The notes under the pieces were generated by a model. The model did not search any database, had not been told where the DNA came from, and saw only the letters and a list, made by a program, of their open reading frames with translations. Shown here one piece after another: positions 53,505-64,000 of a DNA stretch of 64,000 nucleotides (the first letter of the stretch is position 1; each line of letters starts with the position of its first letter). The stretch spans positions 153,574,001 through 153,638,000 of the forward strand of contig OZ024741.1 of the NCBI GenBank assembly GCA_964016885.1. Direction: 5' to 3'. A program made the translations under genes and the position numbers. The DNA comes from Eledone cirrhosa (taxonomy: Eukaryota).

Positions 53505-54715
53505 CTGCACACAAAAAATAGAAAATAAAATAAAATTTATAGAAAATACATACTTTTTAGACACGCAATATCATATCACATTTTTATTGCAATATTTGTG
53601 GTATATTTTATATTAGAAGTCTCACTATGAAAATAAAAATTTTTTCATTAACCTATTTCTAAAGAAAAACACAGCATGGGATTTTCAAATCATAAATTTA
53701 GAGAGATTTAGTAATAACTCTTATTACTAACTATTAATATGAAACTGCCTGACGCCATCCTTGGTTCAACAAAGATGTTTATTTTACAGTGATACCTAAA
53801 AACCTTCCATCAAAATTTTAAGTTAAAACCTTTCTCATGTTTCCATCTCCATATTAACAACAACAAAGTCAATTATATTACTAAATCCCTCCAAATTCTC
53901 ATTTTAAAAATCATAGGCAGTGTCTTTCATTACAAATCTTGTAATGAAAGGGTTAAGCTGGAATAAAATTATGATGGAAGGTTTTTAGATAAATATAAAC
54001 AGCTTTGTAATATAGAACCATGAGCAGTAGCAAGAGGTTTGTTATGAAAAGAGTTAATCATCCTTATTTACTAAGTCATTGGTACAAACATGTTCAGACT
54101 GGACAGTGGACATTGCCACAACCCCAGATTGTTATACTGGACGTCAGAGCATTTAACAGTATCTTAGTCCTCCCATTATTTTTCAGCATTCCTTTCACCC
54201 GACCGTAACAACTCCAACAATCTCATTCCATTTCTCTTCACATCATTCCCCATTGACCCTATTTCTCTCACCCAGTCACTTTCATCCTTCCTCTACAAAT
54301 GACCCAGCCAACTCATTCCATTTCCCAGTGGCTCTATTGCCATCAACAAATTACAGTATATTAGGGAACAAGATTTAAGTTTATTTAATCAGGAAAGAAG
54401 CTGAGTGAATTCCAAAATTTTCTACTAGCATAAAATGGCCTAAAATGATGAGGATGATATCCTTGATCAAGTATTGTATAATCTCTGGAATATCATTCCT
54501 CATTTTCCAAATATTTAATACAAATATATATATATGTAGTATAACTATATATATTTCAATATAAGAAAAGTCAACACGGAAAAATATTATACAATGAACA
54601 AATTAGTTCAAAGCTTGATATAGTTAGAAAAGTGTCTCAACATGTCAGACACTAACTAGTCCTTCACCAGAATTTAGAATAAGAGAGAAAGTATGAAAGT
54701 ATGTTGTCAGCTTAC

Positions 54716-54906
54716 CCTGACCGATCATAGTTTCTCTTTGATTTTGTGTACCATGGTATTACTGCTGGTGGTGGTGGAGTCTCCTGTTGAAGTGTTTCTT
54801 GATATTCCTTGTCTTCATCTGTGTAACGATCTTTAAAGAGTTCTTCCAATTCTGCTAGGTCATAGTCAGTTGAAAGAGCTTCATCCTCTGAGTTGTCGGT
54901 AGACAT
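54716..54906 (-). CDS. RAMAC: RAM/FAM103A1, first coding exon (RNMT-activation domain)
   Basis: LEELFKDRYTDEDKEYQETLQQETPPPPAVIPW resembles human RAM [33 protein letters not shown] (recalled). Acceptor at 54915/54914, donor GG|GTAAG. Joined protein is 177 aa. Confidence 0.9.
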
Positions 54907-57452
54907 TGTATTAACTATGGAAAAAATAAAACAAAACAGTAAATAACCAACCCAGCTACTGACTACCACTCTTCAGATTTTCATACAGAATATTTACATT
55001 TTTGAAACAATCCCCAACACCATCATTTAATGCCTCTTTTAAAACCCTGCTAGCAAAGGCTTGATGAGTCATCACAAACCAAGCCAGTGCTTAATCAGAG
55101 CTACTGACCCCCTCAGACAGTACATACATCCTTGTACTGAGTTCAATACCAATCAGAGAAACGTCCGTGTTTGGGATGCATAAGCTGCATGGATATGTAA
55201 TACAAAGAAGTTCACTTGTGCCTTTAATATTTCTGTATTTATATTTTAAATTGATACTATACAGACAAGGCACACTGGGTCACTTTCCTACTTACTGTGA
55301 TTGCAATGGCGACACCCATCCACAAGAATGAGCCCAATGAATTGGGCAATCTATTTCAGTGCATCTTCCTCAGAGATAACGCAGAAGTCATTCTGTCATG
55401 CTGGGACTATGGAGCAACATCCAACTTCCTTCAGAGGTAACACACAATCACCATTCAGTCAAGGCCAGGATCATGAAGCAATATCTTATGATATTAGATG
55501 GTAGTGTTAGTGTGTCTTCTCTCTTGCTATCCTCAGAGCTAACTCAGTTGTCATTTTGTTAAGGTAGGAACCACGAGGAAACACCTATTTGATGTTTTGC
55601 AAAAGACAGGAGAATCTACTCAATAAGAGATATTTTATTCGTGCTATGTAGTTCACTTATTAAAAATGAAAACAAACAACCATTGCAAGGAATATGTTGG
55701 TAGTCCTTTCAATACTACATAAATCCAACAATGTCCTCTTTCCCCAAACATTTCCTAAAATCTATATAAATTGTCAATCTACTAATACTTGTATTATTTT
55801 ATTTTGCTCAGAGACTAAAAAATTGGAGTGATTTGAAAGAGACTTAGCTATTTCTTGTAGGGTGCATACATATATTAGATTGTGTATGTCAGAAATAAGT
55901 AGTATTATAGTAATGGGGGCCTGCACTGGGGGCGTCCGAAGACGGGTGCAAATAATAAAAATTTATCGACTGTTCAACCATTAACAGAAACCAAGAAGTG
56001 ATCAGTAGAAATATTGATATTCCGTAGTCATTTTTTACTAGTAACTGACCTATTCGAGCGAGCGCCCCTTATTAAAGTGAGTAGTCTAATCACTTAATCC
56101 TTCTTGAAGTCATAAACATAGTTATTAATTGTAAATAACAATACCCAGAGACATAAAGATGCGAGCAAAACCATAATTTCGATATAAGCGGAAAACACGC
56201 GCGCACACACACACACATATATATATATGCATTCATTTTATTAAGGCCAAACTCCAGTGTAACAAGACTCGCTAGCTATTTAGTTTTAATAAAATTAATA
56301 TTAAAACTCTACTTCGGTATTGAGTACTCTTTTCTCTCAGCTGTCAACAACATACGGATATATATATATATGTGTGTTTCCTTTAAAACGCTAAAAAAAT
56401 TCACAAAGTTTTGTGAAGGTAAACTAATGTAACCACAAGTATTTTTTGTAAGATTTTATAAATCTATTTTTTTAATTCACTGAAAAAAGCTTGCCAACGT
56501 ATAATTTGATAACTTGGCGGGTTATATATAGCGATAAATGGGCATAAATAGTAATTAAGTCAAGAAAGACTAAAGTAATATTTGGTTGTTTAAGCGTTTG
56601 TCAGCATACATTATGGACAAAGTATTCCACTCTATAGAAGATTTAAAATATTCGTTGATTATTGGAGTACCAAAATGTTACAATAGTATAACTGAATAAT
56701 TAAAGAAAGTATAGAAAAGTACAAGTCAGAGAAAGACGGAAGAGTTTGGCCTAAATTTACTTTAATTTCTAAGTAACACGTGACAAAAATGGAGTCAATG
56801 TCTTCAGATCTCATCGTGACGATCGACTTTACAAAAACATTTAACGCTCATTTACTAAACAAACAATTACTGTTTATTTATTAATTAAAACGAAAAAGGA
56901 ATCATATTAAAGGATAAGTAATCCTTAAGGTTTGTTTTGAAACCCAGAAGTCAGATAGAGAGTTCACATATAAAGTATCAAGTTGTTCGTTCAATATTCC
57001 CTATAAATTTTCTAAAAAATAAAAAATCTAGTTATTAAAAAAGATTCCTCTTCCCTCTCAAGCATTCGGTACATTAAAACTTAAGTATAACCTGTGAAAT
57101 TAGCTAACAATACTAAATTATTAATGTTTCAACAGATAATATATAGATTAATTAAATTTAAGCAATTGTGAATATTTGATTCTAAGAATTAAAATGAAGT
57201 GGATACATAAATGACATTAATTTCTAATAGTTATAGGCAGCGGTGAGTTAATGTAGTAATTAAAATAGCTAAATATAGGAGGAAATTAAAAAAAGACAAC
57301 TTTAAATAACCCGACTTTACATTAAATAAATGGAACAGGTCGGTAGTTTACACACATAATTAGACTGGACTTTTAAGAGAAAATAAAATTTTTAAAAGCA
57401 GTAAATATGTAGATAAAATCTAAATTGGTAACAAAGAAAAGCAGAATCTTAC

Positions 57453-57560
57453 ATGCGGACGAAGCCAGGCACTTGTTTTTAGCAATATTAACTAACTGGA
57501 AGTGACGTCACCTAAGTTCCGGGTAGAACACATGGTTATTTCAACATGGTGGCTTGTCGC
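57453..57560. promoter_or_regulatory. Putative bidirectional promoter for RAMAC/CCNH, including the RAMAC non-coding exon 1
   Basis: Minus-strand donor GTAAG at 57452-57448; GGAAGT 57498-57503; perfect CRE TGACGTCA 57503-57510; TTCCGG 57517-57522; YY1-like AACATGGTGG near 57543. Confidence 0.6.
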
Positions 57561-57768
57561 TATTGTTTATGTATTGGGACTTTAACAAAGAATTACTTTT
57601 GGTTAGTTTGATAAACATGTGTAGTACTTTGCGAACGGGCAGAGTATTTAAGGTATTTATCTAATTTAACAAGCTGTTACATGCATTGAATAAAAAACAA
57701 AATTTAGAATAATTTCCGAAAACCATAACCGAATTAAAGCTGTTTTAGTAGCGTTATTTTCTGTAATA

Positions 57769-57885
57769 ATGTTTGCAATCAGTACACAGAAATCACACTG
57801 GACGTTTGATTCAGACTCAACTCTTACGCGGCTTAGAAGAAAATCTCACGATGATTATGTTGAAAAACATAGGGGTTCAATCCCG
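57769..57885 (+). CDS. CCNH: Cyclin H, coding exon 1
   Basis: MFAISTQKSHWTFDSDSTLTRLR resembles cyclin H [23 protein letters not shown] (recalled); 117 nt; donor GTAGGT. Confidence 0.9.
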
Positions 57886-59347
57886 GTAGGTATTCATTCA
57901 GATTTCTTGAAAAGTTTACCTAATGTCAATTTTATTGTGGATCAAAAGACCGGTTTAGTAATTTTTTATTTTAAGATCACAGACTAGTTTCGCTAATTTC
58001 CGTGAGTGAAAGTGACAATTAAAAAAAAACATTTATAAACATAATCGTAATTTACATTTTCGAAAATTCATTGCAAAATATGCATTATTAAGAAAATTGT
58101 CAGGAAATAAAGACGGGTGAGGGCGCTATCTTAACCCAAATGCTTTCGATATTTATCGTGACGTACGGTTAACTAAAAAGAAAAGGATAATTATAACATG
58201 GAAAAAAAAAACAATAGTAAAGAAAATTCCATGAATGGTGGCTCTCGAACCCCTCTGTTTTCCGGGGTAAAAAGTCATTTGCGGCATGTTTGGAGATAAG
58301 AATAGTTGATAGCTTACAAAAAAACAAAAAAAAATCAGTGTTCTATAATAATACTCTAAATTGTAGCTATACACCACCCAAATCTCAAAACGCTGAACCT
58401 TACAGAGGAGATGATGAAGAAATTAAATGAGTAGAGGCAACCTATGCTGGCTTGGAAAAATGAACATAAAACGATGATGATGATAGCCATTAGTCCTCTT
58501 GATTTTTCTGCTCTGACGACTATCACCACTACCTATTTGATACACATTCATCACAAACACGTTTACTTTTGTGTTTCCCGGACGAGCTTGTAGCCCAGTT
58601 CATCACATGCATATATCAACATACTGTTTCCTAGTTGAGCTTTAACTCCAGTTCATCTCACGCACATATCAACTCACTGTGTTTCCGGAATCAGTTTCTA
58701 CCCCAATTCTATACCTGAAATAAAACTACTTTGGAATTCTCTCTCCCTGCTTCCAGTTAATACAAAATTTAGACTTAAATATTTTTGTTATATATTGTGT
58801 GAAGAAGAGAATAAATTATTTATTGTGGAGAGTATGAAATAACAGTACTTCAGTAGAGTTAACACTTGGATAAATCCCATTGCCATCATCAATTAAAGTC
58901 TGTTTTTCCTGCTAACAAAGGTTGGATGGGTCATTACAGACTGAGTCAGTACTCAAGTGAAGCTACTGACCTTTCTGATGGGTCTGGGACCTGTATCTCA
59001 CTTACTTATGTTCCTGCACTCTACCAAGTACTTGAGCAAGCTGGGGCTCACATCTCACCTACGAGCGTTCCCACACACTCTCAAGTGGATTTTATCATAG
59101 CACCAGCATTAGGGAGGATGTTGTGTTCTTGACACAGCTGAAGAGTCCTCCCAATCCTTTGTTGTGCAGGTTTTCTCAGTAAGATGTCCTGCCTATCACC
59201 AACGACTTCACAGAGTGTAATGGGTGCATTTATCATATAGACAACACATTTAAAATAAATGGGATTTATGTGAAGACGAGCATTCACTGAGAAACACATT
59301 ATCAAATAAATCATTCAGTGACCAATTCTGCTTCTCTACAATTTCAG

Positions 59348-59470
59348 GATGAAGACCTTGAAGCAATTCTCTTTACGTATGAAGAGGAATATATACTCAG
59401 CCGTCATTATGAATTCATCATGAAAGAATTCTGCAACCGTTTCCAGCCACCAATGCCAAAATATGTTTTG
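59348..59470 (+). CDS. CCNH: Cyclin H, coding exon 2
   Basis: TTTCAG| DEDLEAILFTYEEEYILSRHYEFIMKEFCNRFQPPMPKYVL |GTAAGT; 123 nt. Confidence 0.93.
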
Positions 59471-59857
59471 GTAAGTAACACATCTAGTAATGTTTATTGA
59501 AAATAAATTACTGATGTAGATATACTGGTTGAATCTTATTTTAAGCTGCAAAAAAGTGAAAGTAATTTAGAGATGCTGTTTCTTAAATGTCTCTAATTGT
59601 CCCTGGGAAACACTGTTGCCCATAATTAATCACTGGATTTTACCAGGCACATGTTTAATCTCATCATCTGCAAAAAAATGTATATATCTACAAAACAGAA
59701 ATCCTATATTAAAAATGTTTGTTTTGTCAAAGCAATTGGTATAAAACTAATAAATTTGCAATGCTATTTTTTCTTTTTCAGCTTGTGTTTGCTTTAAGAA
59801 TCCTTGAAAATATTGAGTGGACATTTTTATCTTAAGTTAATTTGTTTTTTCTTATAG

Positions 59858-59931
59858 GGAACAGCCATGACATATTTCAAGCGGTTTTATCTTTACAATT
59901 CAGTTATGGACTTCCACCCTCGTGATATCAC
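59858..59931 (+). CDS. CCNH: Cyclin H, coding exon 3 (gene apparently continues beyond the window)
   Basis: TTATAG| GTAMTYFKRFYLYNSVMDFHPRDI |GTTAGT; cyclin H signature YFKRFYL.NSVM..HPR. Confidence 0.95.
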
Positions 59932-60207
59932 GTTAGTAACTCTAAAATTCTTATTTACAAATTTAAATATAAGTCTTCTGAAGATGTTTAATCCTGGTTC
60001 TATGATTCTAAGCTGTTTGTTTTAAAGTGTTTATATTTATCTAAAAACCTTCCATCATAATTGTATATAACAAGCTTTGTTATGTTCCAAACACCAACTT
60101 ATTAATGAGAAGGTTAGTTATATTTCTAAATCCTGCCAAATTCTTGGTTATTCTCAAAAGGATTTTAAACTCACAGGTAGTGTCTTGTATTTCAAATATA
60201 GTAATGT

Positions 60208-62243
60208 AAGGGTTAAAGTGGCTTTTAACATCTCGGGCCAGATTTCCTCTTCCTCAGTGGCCTTGCTACCTTTAAGCTCTTTAACTGCTCTTGTGACCTC
60301 AACCTCTGAGAGATTAGTCACCACTCCCAGATGCACCTCATGTACATTAGAAGATGCTGTTGTGATCAGGTTAAGGAGATCAGCAAAGTATTCTCTCCAC
60401 CTCACAAGGATCCGCCTCTCTGGAGAGAGGAAAGCTCCAGATGCGTTCCTGATAGCAGGTGTGGAGGAGGACTTCTTATTACAAAGTTGGCAGGTGATCT
60501 GCCAGAACACTTTATTTGCTGATCTAAAGTTGGATTCCAACTTAACCCTAAAGTCCTCCCATGTTTTAACTTTGAACACCTTTACTGGCTCTACAGCAAT
60601 TCTTCATGCCTGTTTGTGCTGCAAGTGCAAGAAGGAGGACTTATTTCCAAGCCAAGCTTTGTAGGCCTCCTTTGCTCAGATGGCATCTTTGACCTCTTGA
60701 TTGAACCAAGGGGTCCACTTTCCATCCGGCGCCACACCAAGCCTCTTTTTTCCACAGCATTTAACTGCTGAGCTGAACAATCTCCATTCTTGTCTCAACA
60801 TCCTCAGTTTGCTCAGGGAGTTCTCTAGTTGACTCGTGTGTGCTGGGTGGCCTGGATCTCTGGAAAGGCACCTAAGCAATGGCAGTTGGGAGTGATAATC
60901 CCAATTTTCAAAAAGGGAGACAAGAGAGATTGTTCCAATTACAGAAGGATCTCCTTGTTAGGCTTCCCCAGGAAAGTCTATGTTAAATGTCTGGCAAAGA
61001 GATGCAGGGAGATTGTCAAATCCAAGCTAGCTGTTGAACAGTGCAGTTTTCGCCTCAGATGCAGCACAGCCGACCAAATATTCTCACTGCTGCAGTTCTT
61101 TGAGAAATTGTGGGAGTATTGCCAAAGGTATATTCTTCTTTTGTAGACCTCGAAAAGGCATATGACCATGTTCCATGGGACTTGCTGTGGAAGGCTCTGC
61201 AGGAGTATGGGATTGATGGTCAGCTTCTTACTGCCCTGATGTCTCTATATGAATGCCTGAGTATTTGTGTTCGGATAAATGGTGCTAAATCAAAACTATT
61301 CAATGTGGGAGTTGGACTCTACCAAGTGTGCATACTGTCACCTCTCCTGTTCATATTTTCATGAACAGGATTGACATGTGCAGTCGAGTTGGAAAAGGTA
61401 TCACGACTGGTAATTGTCAGATCAGTTGTCTGGAATTTGTAGCTGACATGGTATTACTTAACTCGACAGAAGGTGTTCTCTGACTTGCACATGATAGGTT
61501 TGATGCCAAGTGCTACATAACTGGAATGAAAATCAATGCTGCAAAAACTGAGACACTCGTCCTTTCAAGGAAGCCTGCATAGTGCACTCTACATGTGAAT
61601 AGAGTTCTACTGAAACAGATGAAGTTCAAATATCTCAGGGCTGTGTTCATAAGTGAAGGAAGGTAGGAGACTAAATTAAGTGTAGGAGCTGGTGCAGTGA
61701 TGCGCCAGCTTCAACATTCAGTAATCAGAAGAAGGAAGTTATTTGTAAAAGCCAAACTCGTATCTTCAATTTGGTATTCTGCCAACCCTTACCTATGGTC
61801 ATGACCCTTGGGTAATGATCGAAAGAATACGATCGCAAATACAAGCAGCCAAAATGGGGTTCCTTTGAAAGGTCTTTGGAGTAATGTTACTTGGTAGAGT
61901 GCGTAGCTCGGAGATCAGAGAGTTGCTAAAGGTAGAGTCACTACTTCTCCGAATTGAGAGATCACAGCTCCGATACTATGGACATATGGTTAGAATGTCT
62001 CAGGAAAGAATCACTGGACAGATTTTACGGGCAAAACCAACTTGTAGGAGATCTAGGGGTAGACCCTGAGCATGATGGTTGGGTAACATCCATGAGCTTG
62101 GATGGTCTTGCTTGGAGATCCAGCCGGATCAGTTGGAGACAGTTGCTTCTGACAGGACCTGCTGGAAGGAGTGTTTGAGGACTCTGCCCCCATGACCCTC
62201 TCAGGAATAAGTGGATGAAGAAGAAGAAGGGTTAAAGTGGCTT
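60208..62243. mobile_element. RTE LINE in a CCNH intron, with 5' inversion and 17-bp TSD
   Basis: AAGGGTTAAAGTGGCTT at 60208-60224 and 62227-62243. 60225-~60830 encodes the linker on the minus strand (RWREYFADLLN...PEMLKA). ~60831-62226 encodes a decayed RT on the plus strand (PIFKKGD..NYRRISLL, FVDLEKAYD, QLRYYGHMVRM). (GAA)n tail. Confidence 0.92.
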
Positions 62244-63779
62244 GTGATGGATTAGATGCTGATTTCAAGAACAAAACAGTCTTGAACATTTTAGTTGAAA
62301 ATTAAGCACCATTTCTATATGACATTGTGGAACTAGACATTTATTGAGAAAACATTTTGCAAGTATATTCAGCCCATTTCTTCACAGAAACAACTATTAT
62401 AGTTAAATCCGAAGTTTAATTTTAGGCAATGCTATGGAGTTATAATTATTGATATGTTACATATGGCTTGCATTACAGAATACTCCTATCATTAGCTTTC
62501 AGTTAGAGATTACAATAATTTTAGTACCTTCCTAATATGAACTAAAGAATATTTCAGAAAGTTGTGAGGGTCTTTCAATCTATATCAATGACAGGTTATA
62601 TTAACCCATATAGCATTACTAGCCTGATATATAGGACACTGTACAGGTGATATGATAAGAATGCAATGGTCTTCTATTATTTTGGGCTGTGTGTACTGGG
62701 TGCTTATTTCATGGCACAGTACTACCACCTTATAGGGTGGACTGGTTTTTTTTTGTTGTGGCACCGGTACAGCCATCATACAGGGTAAGCTTGGTGCTTT
62801 TGTCATGGCCCAGCACTACCACGTTACAGAGCTGAGTAGACCTTTTCAATGGCGCAGCAGCACTACCACATTTCGGTGTGAAATGTGTACTTTTTGTTGT
62901 GCACCAGCACTACCATCTTACAGGGTGGACTGGGTGCTTTTTATCAAGGTATCTGCACAACCACCTTATTACATTTTTATCTTTCAATAAATATATCAAG
63001 ACTTCCCAAAACAACATTTATATACAATTGATAAAATAAGTACCAAACTTGCAAAAATAAAAACTGGAGTTGATATGATTGACTGAGTCAAGGTAGTGAC
63101 TGAAACAAGTAAAAGAATAATTGTATTGTGTGTTTTGTTCCTTCTCAAGATCACAACTTAGAACTAAATCGTTTTTGCTGGATTTCGTGTTTGGGACCCA
63201 CTTAGGAAATTAGTTTATTGCAGGTGATGTCTCTTAGTAGACTGTTCCCTATTTCCTAACAAATTTGGGTGGTTGACTTAAACTGTTGCCCGAGTTTAGC
63301 ATACTACCACTTCCTCTTGATCTTTGAGTGTCCACATATTGCAAACATTCTGACCAGGCCTCCAGTTTGGGAATAATTTCCTTGCTTTCTCTCTCCAGCC
63401 TCCATGACCCTGAAAGAGAGTCTTTGATTCCTTTCTTCTACCCATAAAATCTGGCGGAGTCGTAGGAGTGCTGTTCTGACATACAACATGCCTTGGGCAT
63501 TTTAAACCTGGTAGAGCCCATTTCTTCTCCAGGTCTGAACACAGCCGATTTCTTCCAGAGAAGGAGAGAGAGAGGAGGTGAGAAAGATGTAGAGGAAGAA
63601 TTGGCCCTAGTACTGGACTGGTAAATAAACCCTATTCAATGATCCAACAGTTTGCCACACAAACCATATCTAGAATTTCAATTATTTATCTCTTCTGGTT
63701 TGCTATGTACTTAACTAAAGTAGCATAAACCAGTCTTTTCTCTGTATCCAGTTGATTTTAATATTATTATGATTTGTGT

Positions 63780-63992
63780 GCTGGATTGGTAGAGTGTTGA
63801 ATAAATTGCCATTATGATGTTTGATCAGGCTCTTTACATTCTGAGGTCAAACCTCATGAAAGTCAACTTTGTCTTTCATTCTTCCCCGGTTGATAAAATA
63901 AAGTACCAGTCAAATATTGAAGTTGATTTAATCAACTTTGCCCTGCCCCCTAAATTTTCTGGCCTTGTTCCTAAATTAGAAATCAATATTAT
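63780..63992 (+). mobile_element. Old tRNA-derived SINE copy
   Basis: GTCAACTTTGTCTTTCAT...GATAAAATAAAGTACCAGT...GGCCTTGTTCCTAAATTAGAAA. Confidence 0.7.
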
Positions 63993-64000
63993 TATGACAA

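Noticed and set aside
53143-53616. Alternative-frame ORFs rich in His or Val/Thr
   Set aside because: Other frames and the antisense strand of the repetitive RAMAC last exon.
63304-63489. 61-aa ORF as a possible gene or cyclin H exon 4
   Set aside because: Wrong strand for CCNH and no recognisable motif; the expected LACKV-type exon was not found in the window.

Overview
AT-rich, intron-containing animal genomic DNA, dense in microsatellites and transposons. The SINE/LINE/MITE mix resembles an octopod cephalopod, which is an inference. Four host genes are supported: (1) a spliced gene for a 142-aa protein with a signal peptide, two knottin (ICK)-like Cys frameworks and a hydrophobic C-terminal tail (26397-28957, +); (2) a solitary replication-dependent histone H3 with stem-loop (36643-37053, -); (3) RAMAC/FAM103A1 (53162-54906, -); and (4) the first three coding exons of cyclin H (57769-59931, +), head-to-head with RAMAC. 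Mobile DNA includes two near-identical CR1/L2-type LINEs inside (TA)n arrays, two Penelope-like elements, an RTE LINE with a 5' inversion and 17-bp TSD, two mariner relics, a Merlin-type element, piggyBac-like and other MITEs, and many tRNA-derived SINEs. Several type I hammerhead ribozyme motifs occur, some in fold-back arrangements. The most notable items are the putative membrane-tethered double-knottin gene, the hammerhead fold-back elements, the twin-priming-type RTE insertion and the RAMAC/CCNH divergent pair. Most short ORFs in the track are microsatellite or antisense artefacts. All calls were made by eye, with no database searches.
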